A stretch of DNA of 64,000 bases, from positions 434,001 to 498,000 of the forward strand of contig JBODTK010000016.1 in the NCBI GenBank assembly GCA_050613775.1, in the 5' to 3' direction. Shown here piece after piece: positions 1 through 12,595 of this stretch. Below the pieces are notes generated by a model. The model ran no database searches, had not been told where the DNA came from, and saw nothing but the letters and a program-made list of their open reading frames with translations. Position numbers and translations under genes: made by a program. This DNA is from Neocallimastix sp. 'constans' (taxonomy: Eukaryota). Numbering within the stretch: the stretch's first letter is position 1; each line of letters opens with the position of its first letter.

Positions 1-212
1 TAAAAAAAAAAAAAATAAGTGATAAAGAAAAAGATAGAATGAAATATATATATATACATATAAACTTATATTTTATTATATTATATAATAAAATATAATA
101 TATTAAAAAACAATAATATCAAATTTAATAATGATTTTTCAATTTTTCAATTTTTTATTTTTTTTTTTTTTTATTTATTTAAATGAAATATTTAATTAGT
201 TAAATATTAAAG

Positions 213-388
213 GATGCTTGAAAATATGGGAAAGAACAGTTAAAAGTTTTATATCCTATCATCCAAATTTAAACACATTATGTTTTCATCAGGAAAAGAA
301 TACCTTTTCTAGGGGATTTATTAATTATTTAAATAGAAATTTTTCAACTGAAGATTTTGATGATTTATTTTTAAAGTGGAATCAGTAG
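213..388 (+). CDS. Probable terminal exon of a gene starting upstream of the window (unknown product)
   Basis: AAG acceptor at 210-212, then an open frame (CLKIWERTVKSFISYHPNLNTLCFHQEKNTFSRGFINYLNRNFSTEDFDDLFLKWNQ*) ending TAG 386-388; GC higher than flanks. No recognisable motif. Confidence 0.45.
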
Positions 389-1081
389 GGTTACTCAATA
401 ATTATATAAAAAATTTTTTTCTTTATATACATATACCATATTTAATTAATGGAATAAATATATGATGTATATTCATAATTATAAATATATAGCTTTTTAT
501 TTGTCATTTTATTTATTTTTATTTATTTTATATATATTATTATTATTAAAAATTATTTATTAAAATGTATTTAAATCGAAGTTTATAAAGTTAAAATTAA
601 AAAATATATATATATATATATATAAAAAATAAATATTATATAGAAACACATAAATACAATATATAAAAGATAATTAGATAGATTTTTAAATATTTATTTA
701 TATTAATAAATATATATTAATTTATATTAAAAAAAAAAAAAAACAATAGAAAAAAAAAAAAAAAATAAAAAATGAAAATTAATTATTAATTCTATCATTT
801 TTTAAAATAATAATATTACTATTAATATACATTAAAAATTAATACTTATTTTTAACAATTATATTATTAAAAATTTGGATGCTTATATATATATTTTTTT
901 TTATTGAATATCATATTAATATTTCTTTTATCATAAAAATTCCATTATATATATTAGTTCATTATATTATTTATAATATAATATTCTATAAATTATATAT
1001 TAATAATAATAAAAAAATATTTAAATAAGTTTTTTAAAATTTGATACCATCAATCTTTAAAAATTAGATATATATACTTTT

Positions 1082-1358
1082 TAGTAACGTATCTCATTGG
1101 GCTAGGTTATACTGGACTCACTTCAAAGGGAAGTTAGGAATTGGAGAAAATGTATACCAGAAAGTTCTCAGTAATAATATGCATGTTAGAGTGCCAATGC
1201 TGAACACTCAGTAAGGCCATCCGGCAGGGACAATATACGCCTATGCGAAAGTATACGAAAGTGCTGTGACTACTTTAATATTTCCATGCTTTGAGGTGGG
1301 GAGGCTGAAAATGAGAGGTTTACACACCAGAAGTAAAAAAAAAAAAAAAAAAAAAAAA
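1082..1358 (+). mobile_element. Structured, poly(A)-tailed dispersed element, copy 1 (SINE-like or non-LTR 3' end)
   Basis: GC-richer island homologous to the reverse complement of 53362-53628. Ends ...CACACCAGAAGT plus A-run 1335-1358. Flanked by ATATATACTT at 1070-1079 and 1368-1377 (candidate TSD). Confidence 0.6.
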
Positions 1359-2039
1359 GACAAAAAGATATATACTTCTTGTTTTTTTTTATTAAATTTA
1401 TTTATTTATTTATTAATATTTTTATTTTGTTTTTATATTGATTTTATATTCATTACTTTATTATTAAAATTTTATATTCAAAATATTAATAATAATAAAA
1501 AAAAAAAACTTTCTTTTATAGTTTTTTTATTTCCGATGATGTTAGCAACGAAAAAAAAATAAAAAAATAAAATTATCTATTACTTATTAGTTTATACATA
1601 TTATTATGGGAGACATTCACTAATGACACAAATTAATTTTAATTTTTTGATTATGAATTTTTTTTTTATGATATTATCGAAATGGATAACCCAAATTGTA
1701 ATAAAAAATTTTTATAGAATATTAAAATATATATATAAATATATATAATAGTAATTTTTTTTTTTTTAAGAGCCGCAATTATTGTGAACTTTAAACTTTA
1801 TTTATTCATTTGTTAGTTTCATGAATATTATTTTTTTTTTTTTTCACCTTTTTTTTTTTTAAAAAAAAAAACACAGAATTAATAAAAAAATAAATATTAT
1901 TTATCCAATAAGAACATAATAATATTTTAAATAGTAATGAGAAATTATAAGTAATATTCAAAATATAAAGGTATATAAATAAATTCAAAAAAAATTTCAT
2001 ATGCAACGAATCTTACCTCCAGATTATAAGATTTTTGTA

Positions 2040-2300
2040 TAAAGGAATTCTTATTCCTGATTAGGGTTTGAATTGACTATCTGAAAAAATTATGGCCTTC
2101 TCTTTCAGTGGTATTGGCCCTGCTAGCCTGTCTTATTGTATATTCAGGGTTGACGATCCTGTTTAGTTTGCGTTTATACCGTCGGAATATTAACCCTTTT
2201 AGACTAGCCCTTGACATAATTTCTGTAAAGCGAGCCGCAGGTCGCACAAAGAACGGTGTTTTAGAATAATCACTAGAAATGATTTGGTTATTAAACAAAA
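2040..2300. other. GC-richer island with patchy similarity to 53008-53340 (possible ncRNA or TE remnant)
   Basis: Shares AATTATGGYCTT, CAGTGGT, TATYGRCCCT and AATGATT blocks, in order, with 53008-53270. The 73-aa ORF 2077-2298 is not conserved in the other copy. Confidence 0.3.
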
Positions 2301-3059
2301 CTTATTAATATATTGTATTCATTTAAGTGTAAAAATACATTAAAAATAATATATAAAAATAAATAAAATATTAAAAATAATTATTAATAAGTAATAAAGT
2401 TAATACAATACAGTAAAAGTATTGAGAAAATTTTATAAGTTAATTTTGGTATCATAAAATGAATAAAGATAATTTCTACCAAAGATTTTAAATACTTCTA
2501 CAACTTTATTTTTCATTAATTAAAATATATTAATAACTTTTATTATTTACATATTTATATGTAAATAAAAAAATAATTAATTAGATTGTTATTTTGATAA
2601 AGTTTATTAAAATATATATTAATATATTATTAATTGAATATAATATAGGTAAAAAAAAAATATTAACTTTAAAAAAAGATGTTAGTTTATTATATATTTT
2701 TAATTATTGTATATATTTTTTAAAAGTAATATAACATGAATCATAAATAAAGTTTAAAGCTAATATCATAATTTGTATTACGTTACACAAAAATAAATAC
2801 ATACATATTTAAACTTATTTTTTATTAAATTTGTTCATTTTTTATTTGTATAAAAAAAAAAATTAATTCCATAATTTTTTTTTTTTTAAATAAGATGATA
2901 TTATTATATAACTATTTTTAATATATATAATTTTTTTTTAAATAATTATTATATTTATATTACCTAATATGTAATAAATAAAAAGGATATTTATTTACAA
3001 TATCCAATAATTATTCATATTACATAATATATTGAATTTAAACAATAAAAAATTCTATC

Positions 3060-3163
3060 TTAATTATAAATTCTACCATTTTTTTTGAAAAATTTAAATT
3101 CTATTCTATCTTTTATTTTTTTTTTTTTTTTTTTTTTTTTTGAAAATTTTAAATTCTATTCTA

Positions 3164-3206
<43 letters not shown>

Positions 3207-3269
3207 AAAATTCTAAATTCTATTCTATCTTTTTTTTTTTTTTTTTTGAAAATTTTAAATTCTATTCTA

Positions 3270-3312
<43 letters not shown>

Positions 3313-3378
3313 TTTATTTTAAATTCTATTCTATTTTTTTTTTTTTTTTTTGAAAATTTTAAATTCTATTCTATCTTT

Positions 3379-3428
<50 letters not shown>

Positions 3429-3572
3429 TTTATTTTAAATTCTATTCTATTTTTTTTTTTTTTTTTTGAAAATTTTAAATTCTATTCTATCTTTTATTTT
3501 TTTTTTTTTTTTTTTTTTGAAAATTTTAAATTCTATTCTATTTTTTTTTTTTTTTTTTTTTTCTGTTTTGAA
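3060..3572. repeat. Minisatellite: (TTTGAAAATTT)TAAATTCTATTCTAT units separated by variable poly-T
   Basis: About ten copies of the AAATTCTATTCTAT core visible, just downstream of the CotH stop codon. Confidence 0.9.
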
Positions 3573-3657
3573 AAACTTGTGTAATTTTTTATATTATAAT
3601 TTATATTATTTTAATTAAAATTTTTTTTATTTACTGTAAATTAATAATTTACTGAAT

Positions 3658-4629
3658 TCAATTGCAAGTACTTTTTATACTACACCACTATATTATTAAA
3701 AATATATAATAATAAAAAATACATAATTAATATTAAATATTATTAATATCGATATCGAAAGAACATAATTTAATTAAAAATTAATATTATTTGTACATAC
3801 TTCGCCATTTTCAGCACCCCATGTTCCAGATTCATCACTTAAAAATATTTCACAACTGTTACAACATGGATATCCATACTTTTTGCCTGGACATTCATCC
3901 TTGTCAAAATTACAGTTTTCTGGGATACCACACCTATTAATAATATAAAAATTTAATAAATTTATATAATAATGAATTATTTATATACGAAGTATATATT
4001 TTTTTCTTTTTCTTTTTCTTTTTTTTTTTTTTTTTAAAAAAAAAAAATTTATTTATATTTACCATTCACCATTTTCAGAACCCCAATAACCATATTCATC
4101 ATTTGTTAAGACGTTGGAACTACATCCTTTAGAACAGCATTTGTATCCATAAGTTTCTGACCAACATGACTTAGATGGTTCGGATGGATTAGAAGGTTTT
4201 TTAGTAGTTTCATTATTTGTAGAAGTCTTTTCTAAAATGTATTGATTAACACCTAAAACAGGAACACGATCATCAGAATAATTTTTATCTGGTGTATATT
4301 CTGGAAGTGGTTCTCCAAGGTGAAGAACAGAATATCCTTCACCAATATCTTCATAATAATAGTTTACTTTATATGGTAAAATAACCGGTTCTGGTCTTGG
4401 TTCAATAAGTTTATGCTTTTCTTCCAAAGATGTAGAATTGGTATTAATACCATAGTAAGCAGTTACATAATTGTAACGACGACGAACCCAATCTTTAAGA
4501 CCATAGGATCTTGTTTTATGAACATTATCTATAATATATGTATATTCAGTATTTAAAAGGAAATGTTCATAAGAAAATTTCTTTTCTACTCCCACTTTAC
4601 TGTAATATAAAATTATTATTATAGTATAA

Positions 4630-4664
<35 letters not shown>

Positions 4665-4706
4665 ATATAAATAAATAAATAAATATAAATAAAAAATATA
4701 TATATA

Positions 4707-4768
<62 letters not shown>

Positions 4769-6661
4769 TATTATTATTATTTGACTAAAAAATAATAAAA
4801 TAAAAAAAATATATATAAATAAACTGTATATAATATTTTAAAGTTTATTTTTCCTACTTAATTCTACCGGCATTACTTTCTCTGTCTCTTTTAACATATG
4901 GATCAATTAAGTTCTTAATTTTATCAATATGAATAAGAAGAGTATCTGGGTTAAAAACTTTACTAATAATATCTCCAACTAATTCACGGAATTTAGTATC
5001 ATCATCATGAATTAAAATTTTAAGAATTGGATGTCCTAATTCATAATCTATTAATGAAATATTAGAAAATTCAACTTCTTTAAGGCCACAATATGGTTTA
5101 TAGTAACAATAATCATTTGAAAGTTCTTGTCCTAATTCAACATCATGATCATACGGTATGTAAACCCATTTTCCATTTGGTTGTTGATACCAGAATAAAT
5201 TATGACCTAATGCAGTTATAAAATGATCCCATGATAACATTAAGTATTCCCAGGCAATACTAGTTTTATTAAAATTAATAATATAATTATTAATAATTAT
5301 AAATTTTAATATTCTTTTTTTTTTTTATTATAATTACTTTATATTATTTTTACTATTTATTATAATTACAAAAAAAAAAAAAAATATTATATATATATAC
5401 TATTTAATAAAGTTATCGACATCCATAATTTTTTCTAAATCTTCTCTTGAAGTGGCAGCATTAACTTGATCAACAAAATTCTATCAAATTAAAAAAGTTA
5501 ATAAAGTAAGTCAATTTTTTTTTTTTTTTTTAATTTAATTTATTTTATTTTATTTTATTTTATTTTATTCTATCAATAAGTATTTTTCTATAATATTTTT
5601 TATAATATAAAAAGTATTATATACATGGAATGGTTCCATATAATCAGCATATTCGTCATTAGCATTTGTACACTTTTCTTTGGCAGAACCATCATCTAAT
5701 CTCATGTATGCTTCTTTACATTGATATAATGTTTTAATATTATTACTATCATCTCCAAATTTTCTTTCAATCCATTTATTTTTAATGGAATCAGAAACTA
5801 CCCAGCTAATATGAAATAATAGAAATATATATATATATTTATTTTATTTTATTTTTTTTTTTTTTTTTTTAGTTAATATTTATTTCATAATTTATAAATA
5901 TATTTATAAATTTTTTATATTGGTTATTAATATTATTTTTTAATATTATACAAACAATCCCATATATTCATCATTTATATATAATTCAGCGTATCCAACT
6001 TCAATTGCAATTAAACCACTCTTTTGTAAGATATCAGTAGTAATTTTTGAACGCATCATAGAAGCTTCACGTTGGTCACTTCTTAAACGGAATTGCTTAG
6101 TACCATGTAAAGTTTGATTTTTTCCTTTAATTTTAATATTATAACCTGGCTTAGTCATTGCAGCTGAAGATTTTCCTCCAACTCTGAAAGTAATAGGATA
6201 GTCTTCTTCATTACTAATATAATAATAAATATATATTATTGTTTTTTAACATAAAAAATAAAAAAAATGAAAATACTGAATTTTTAATATATTTTTATTT
6301 TTATGTATTTATGGACAATTACTTTTTATAAATAAATTTTAAATCAGCATCAACAGTAAACTTATTAATTTCACTTTCTTGAGAAACTTGTGCTTTTTCT
6401 ACTATTTCATTCCATAAATTTTCTGGCATAGAAATACGCATTTCAGGAATGCTTTCTTCCATCATTTCATAAAGTTCAGTTCTTTTAACATTATCCCAGA
6501 ATTCAGCCTTAGCAGTAAAAGCTATATATTTTAATATATATATTAAATTTATCAAATTTTTTTTTTTTTATTACTTTTATATTTTAAACTGTATATAAAA
6601 AATAATGTTAAAAATAAATACCGAAAAATAATATAGCTGAAAAAGATTTAAAAAGTTTCAT
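3658..6661 (-). CDS. Secreted CotH-family protein kinase with two C-terminal fungal dockerin (CBM10-like) domains; 9 exons
   Basis: GT-AG exons in consistent phase: 6661-6622, 6521-6323, 6213-5956, 5805-5625, 5480-5401, 5259-4858, 4599-4063, 3933-3801, 3687-3658. Signal-like start MKLFKSFSAILFFAFTAKA. CotH motifs RVGGKSS, FRLRSD, SWDH..HN, YIPYDHD. Dockerins CWSETYGYKCC..WGSENGEWCGI and YGYPCC..WGAENGEWCSI. Confidence 0.92.
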
Positions 6662-6699
6662 TATTATTATATATAAATTATTAATAAGAAACTAAATAT

Positions 6700-6730
<31 letters not shown>

Positions 6731-6757
6731 AAACTTTTAATTTTATTTTTTAATTTT

Positions 6758-6795
<38 letters not shown>

Positions 6796-9310
6796 TTTTT
6801 TTATATTATTACTTTTTATTCTTTTTTGGTTCATTTATACTTTTTTCATGATATTAATTTTAACTATAATACTTAATAAAATTTAAAAATGGTAAAAAAA
6901 TTTTTTATCAATATAATAAAAAATAATATATACTCTATTATACATCATTGTATTAGTATTGTGAAAATAGGTATTTTACAGATGTATGATATATTTGTAT
7001 TTTGGTTACAAGATATTTTAGTTTTAGAAAAGCCCAACAATAACGCTCAATAATGTACAAAAGAATTTTAATGAAAACTTTATTTAATATAAAATTTAAT
7101 ATCAAATTATAAATTTAATAACACAAAATAAATTTTTTCTTTTGCTTATTTTTTATTTATTAAAAATACATCTTTTTAAATATAACTTCTTTTTATTATA
7201 TTTACAAATTATAAAACTTTTCCTTTTTTAAAAAATCCTACCTTCTATCTTATTTAAAAATCCTTGTTTTTTCTTTTATATAAAATAATTTTTTAATATA
7301 ATAATTTTTTTGTAATTATTACTAAATTAATATTAATGTATTTTATTATTATTATTAATTTCCTTTTATTATTAAGACCTCTTTTTATTATAAAAGGATT
7401 AATTTAATTTTATTTAATTTAATATTTGATTTAATTAATATCAAATAAAATTTTATAATATAAAATTTCGTACGAAAAATTAATTTTGTAATTTTGAATC
7501 TAACAAGATATATTAATAAAAGTTTATATATATAATATTTTTTAATTTTTTTTTTTTTTTTTAAAAAAAAAATAGATTAATTTATTAAATATTAATGAAA
7601 TTTTATATTAATGAAATTTTATAAAAAAAAAATATATATAAATATAAATATTATATTAGTAGTATGATAGAGTTTAGATCAAAATTTTTTAGTGTAACAA
7701 AAAAAAAAAAAATAGTATCTTCTTAAAATAACTATTTCATAAAAAAAAAAGTTTCTAAAAATTTTTATGAAAGAATTATTTTATTTTTATTTATGTATAT
7801 ATATTTTTTATAATAATATTTTATTTTATTTTTCATTGGTTTAATAATACTATATATGAATTTAATTTATTTATTATTTTTTATAAAAAATTTAAAATGG
7901 AAATAATATATTTTGAATGTTTTGTAATAAATATTATAATTATATATATATATTATTAAGTATTATAATGATGTAAAATAATATTTTTATAGATATGAGT
8001 TATCAATAAAATATATTTATGTTTTAAGCTAACATGCTTTAATATATGTTAGTTTTATTCTTGAAACATATTAATGAATTTCTATATAATTTATATGTTT
8101 ATAAGTATTTGTGTAAAGATAATTTATATGTTTAAAAATATTTGTGTAATATGTGATAAAATATAAATATTGAAATTGAATTATTTTATGATTAAAATTA
8201 CAAATCATTTTATAATATTATTACTAAAAAGAATTTTCTTATAGTAAAAAAAAATATTTAGAAGTTTGTTTAATTTAATTTATATTTTTTTATTATTTAT
8301 TAATTTATATATTTTTATTTTTATTTTTATTTTCTTTTTTCTTTTTTAATTATTTTTATTTTTATTTTTATTTTTAATTTTATTTTTATTATATATAATT
8401 AGCTATATTAATTTAATTTATTTTCTCCTATTATTTACTATATTAGAATTTTTGAAATAAAGTTGTTCGGAATATTCTTTTACAAATATGATTATTATAA
8501 TATCATGATGATTCAAAGATATATTTAATATACAAAATATAGAAAAAAATTATATTTTCTCCATGTGGAAAAAGTATATTTAATGATACTTCGGATGGAT
8601 ATTCTCTTACTGAAAAACAAAAGAGAAGAATTATTACTTTCAATTATTTTTCATGATTATTTAAAATTAAAAAATTTATTAACTTTTTAATAAATATTAA
8701 AATATAAAATTTATTACATCAAATAATAAATAAATATCTTAATCGTTTAATCATTTATTTTGTATTATATTGAAATAAGATTAAATAAAAATAAATAAAT
8801 AAATAAATAATAAATAAATAAATAAATAAATAAATAATGAAAAAAGAATAAATAAATAAATATAAATAAATAATTTATTATAAAAATATAAATTACTAAT
8901 TTTATATGAAAGTTTCTAAATAATTTCATTTTATATAAAGAATGAAATGGAACAAAATATGATTATATAAAAAAAAATTCTTTATATTATTCAATATAAA
9001 ACTAATTTATATTTAACTTTTTTTTTTTTTTTGGTCTTATTCATTCATTTAGTGATATAAAACAAATATGTGTAGTAACATATTTGTATATTTAATAATA
9101 ATTATTAAATAATAAATTTATATTTTTTTGATAATTATTTTATTTTATTTTATTTCAATATGTATTATTATAATTATAATATTTTAATTCATATAAAATT
9201 AATTTCTATATATTAGAATATATAATTAATATATTACCTATTTCTTATAAATAGATTAAATTATTTATATTAGAAATAGAGGACTCTCTTGTAAATTTTA
9301 TTAATAAATT

Positions 9311-9445
9311 TTACTAAACAACCATTTTTTAAAAAACCCACTGCTTATAAATTATTGCACAAAAAAGTCCCGCATATCAAAAATTGGTGGAGATATCCGG
9401 AATGTGCTCTGTAAAAAGTAATTTATAAGTAGTGGTGTTTAGTAA
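9311..9445. repeat. Long imperfect inverted repeat (fold-back, MITE-like)
   Basis: Nested arms: TTACTAAACA 9311-9320 / TGTTTAGTAA 9436-9445; CCACTGCTTATAAATTA 9338-9354 / TAATTTATAAGTAGTGG 9419-9435 (16/17); inner GCACA/TGTGC, CCG/CGG, ATATC/GATAT. Confidence 0.75.
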
Positions 9446-10296
9446 TTTTGTTTATTAATTATAATTTTTATGTTTAATAAAATTGTTTTTTAATAGAATT
9501 ATAAAGAATTATAAATCAATCTTTTGTTTCTAAAATTTCTGAAGAATTTAATAATTGTTAATTTTTTTTTCTTTTTCAACTGAAATATATATATATATAT
9601 ATATATATTAATTTGATTTTTAAATTATAATGGTTTTAAATTATTTTTTTATTTTTTATTTTTTATTTTTTTATATTTTTTTTATTTTTTATTTTTTTTT
9701 ATTTTTTTAATATATATGTATATACGGTATAAACAAAGGAAAATAAATTTATGGAAATGAAATGTATTTGATTTTTTTTTTTATTTATTTATTATTTAAT
9801 AGATTTTATATGTAATTTGAACATATTATAATTATTATTATTATTATTAACTACTTCATGATATACATCTTCACTACTTTATAAAATTACAAAGTAAAAA
9901 CTTTATTAATTAAAGTTATGGTTTAATAATAATAATAATTATAATAATAATAATTGTTAAGACAAATGAATTTATGGTTTATAATTATGTTAATTTTTCT
10001 AATATATTTTATGATAAAGAGTTACTAATACTTTTTTATTCAAAATAAATGCTTTCACAATATTAAAAGGCGTCTTTTTCATTACTTATATTACAATGTA
10101 ATAATAATAATAATAACGATAATAATAATAACAATAATAATAATAACAATAATAATAAAAAGATTTAATTTACAAATATTTATTGTTTACTATTTTACTT
10201 TGTTTTGTTTAAAATTTGTATTCTTCAAATAATTATTGAATTAGTTTTTATTACTTCTATATAACTAAAGTTCATTATTAAAATATTTAAATAATG

Positions 10297-10346
<50 letters not shown>

Positions 10347-10513
10347 AATAAATATAAAAATAATAAAAATAAAAATAAATAAATAATTATATTTATATTA
10401 TTTTTATTAAATATATATATCTATTATAAAAATAATAAATAATAATAATTATTATTATTAAGTTAGATAAATATAAAATATAAAATATGTCATTTATGTA
10501 ATCTTTTTTGTTT

Positions 10514-10552
<39 letters not shown>

Positions 10553-10773
10553 ATTTCATTTTAATTTATTCATAGTAGTATGACGATATTTATATAATAT
10601 TTAATTTTAAAATATATTTATAACATTTTAAATATAATAATATTTATAATAATTAAATATATTTATAGTTAAGTCAACTTAAAGATAACATCATAAATAA
10701 TTATATTATTTGGTATTAGTATATTTCGTTCATATAACTATTATTAATATTATTTATTTATCATCATCATCAC

Positions 10774-10812
<39 letters not shown>

Positions 10813-11294
10813 GTTTAATATTTTTGATATATATATATATATATATTTTCATTTATCTTATTATTATTATTATCACTTATACTTTTGTTATTCTATTTAT
10901 TAATTAACTTATAATAATTTAATTATCTATTAAATATATATAAATAATTCAAAAAAAAAAAAAAAAAAAAAAAATATCATAACAATAATAATAATATTAG
11001 TAATAATAAAAATAATGAATTTATAGATATATGACAAGATGAGATAATTTAATATATTTATATAATGTGTAGAATATTATAATATTTTTAATTCTGTTAT
11101 GATGTTATTATAAAATGAAAATGTTATAATTTATTTTTTATTATTGAACTTTTTATTTTTTTTTTTTTTTTTTTTTTTATTTTTTTTTTTTATTTTACTT
11201 TTTTTTGACTATTTTTTATTTTATTTTATTTTATTTTTTATAAATTAAAAAGAATAAATAGTAAATAGGGTGTGATGCGTACTAAATTTATAGG

Positions 11295-12407
11295 TTAATT
11301 TTTTTGTGATACATAATCATATGTATTCTCTAGAGGTTCTGAAATTGCTATTGAATGATTTCTACATTGACTTTTATTATTGGGACAGGTGGTACATTTA
11401 GAACAATTACATTCACTACACTGATGACATTCACTATGATTATTACTTTGATAATAGTATTGACTATCATAACTATATTGATTATTATTTTGATGATGAT
11501 TACCATATTGATCTACACTATTAAATGGTATCATTTTATTTGAATGTTGTCTATATGAACAATATGAGTAATTATAGGATGAATTCATATCTTGTATTAC
11601 ATCGTTTTTAAAAATAAGGGCATCAAATGCTAATAATAATATAATATTAGAATTTAAACCAACTAATGGTACAAATGCTAATTTTAACATTGGACTATCA
11701 ACGACTGCTAAAACACCTATAATTAAACTAAAGAAATCAACAAACAATAAAATAAATAGTGCAGATTGGAAAAAATATTTGAATACTGAAATTTTTAATT
11801 GTTTTCTGGCCGCAATATGATAGTTTTCTAATAACTTTTTTATTATTATCATAGAACAGACAATATCTGTGAATGCAACTGAAATAGTAGCAAAACCATA
11901 ATATCGTATAAGTGTATCATCAGTAGCTTCCATATATTTATGATTTAGACGCCAAAATCCTATATTATACCGTAATAAAAAATGAATCACTGTCATCACT
12001 ATAATAAAAATTCGTAATTTTTTCTTTTCTTTTTCTCCTAGTAAAGGTTTAACTTTTATAACATTAATATATGGAAGAACAAGATTACGAATTGAGTATA
12101 ACGTTTCATTAAAAATTGTCACATAAAAAATTATTATATTTGTTTCACCACCATTTTCAATTTGTTTATCACTTATAATTTTACATATATTACTTGTTAG
12201 AGCCGCTATGAATGACGATAGCGTTCCAATATATATAATTCTCCAAAAATCCCCATTTCGACCAACTCCTCGAATATATGCATAAAAAATTAATACACCT
12301 TGTAGAAGATATGCGTAAGAAGTCTGACTACTATATGAATTTATAAGTGAAGTTACAATATATTCAAAGTCAATTGTTTGGTTATCTATTATGTCTGAAG
12401 TGCCCAT
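11295..12407 (-). CDS. Intronless multi-pass membrane protein, about 7 TM (GPCR-like topology), with Asn/Tyr- and Cys-rich C-tail
   Basis: 370-aa ORF with seven hydrophobic segments by eye (YAYLLQGVLIFYAY, IIYIGTLSSFIAAL, IIIFYVTIF..LVLPYI, IFIIVMTVIHFLL, YYGFATISVAF..SMIII, ALFILLFVDFFSLIIGVLAVV, LAFVPLVGL..ILLLAFDALIF). Tail contains CHQCSECNCSKCTTC. Confidence 0.8.
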   Translation of the reverse strand: MGTSDIIDNQTIDFEYIVTSLINSYSSQTSYAYLLQGVLIFYAYIRGVGRNGDFWRIIYIGTLSSFIAALTSNICKIISDKQIENGGETNIIIFYVTIFNETLYSIRNLVLPYINVIKVKPLLGEKEKKKLRIFIIVMTVIHFLLRYNIGFWRLNHKYMEATDDTLIRYYGFATISVAFTDIVCSMIIIKKLLENYHIAARKQLKISVFKYFFQSALFILLFVDFFSLIIGVLAVVDSPMLKLAFVPLVGLNSNIILLLAFDALIFKNDVIQDMNSSYNYSYCSYRQHSNKMIPFNSVDQYGNHHQNNNQYSYDSQYYYQSNNHSECHQCSECNCSKCTTCPNNKSQCRNHSIAISEPLENTYDYVSQKN

Positions 12408-12416
12408 TTTTATGTA

Positions 12417-12595
12417 TATATATATATATAAATTTATATATATATTATTATTATTATTATTATTTAATTAAAAAATATTATTAAATGAATAGAAATATTC
12501 ATAAATTATATATATATATAAATTTATATATATATTATTATTATTATTATTATTTAATTAAAAAATATTATTAAATGAATAGAAATATTCATAAA
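12417..12595. repeat. Direct tandem duplication (~90 bp x2) immediately upstream of the 7-TM gene
   Basis: TATATATATATAAATTTATATA...TTAAATGAATAGAAATATTCATAAAT occurs twice back to back. Confidence 0.85.

Noticed and set aside
1155..1325. Assignment of the structured element to RNase P/MRP, hammerhead, HDV-like ribozyme or group II intron domain V
   Set aside because: The P4-like pairing (AAAGTTCTCA/TGAGAGGTTT) is not kept in copy 2, and I found no CUGAnGA core, HDV pseudoknot or AGC-triad helix.
1266..1562. 98-aa ORF, and similar ORFs at 1806, 3140, 10710, 13313, 17584, 47426, 52632, 59280 and 61889
   Set aside because: Poly-K/F/I/L/Y translations of homopolymer and microsatellite DNA; chance open frames in AT-rich sequence or introns.
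3060..3572. CRISPR-like look of the repeated units (also 14885-15120)
   Set aside because: Spacers are only variable poly-T/poly-A, the context is eukaryotic and there are no cas genes; these are minisatellites.
11355..11543. Overlapping ORFs at 11355, 18345, 22690, 23179, 33044, 47839 and 60855
   Set aside because: Antisense or alternate-frame shadows of real exons or pseudogenes.
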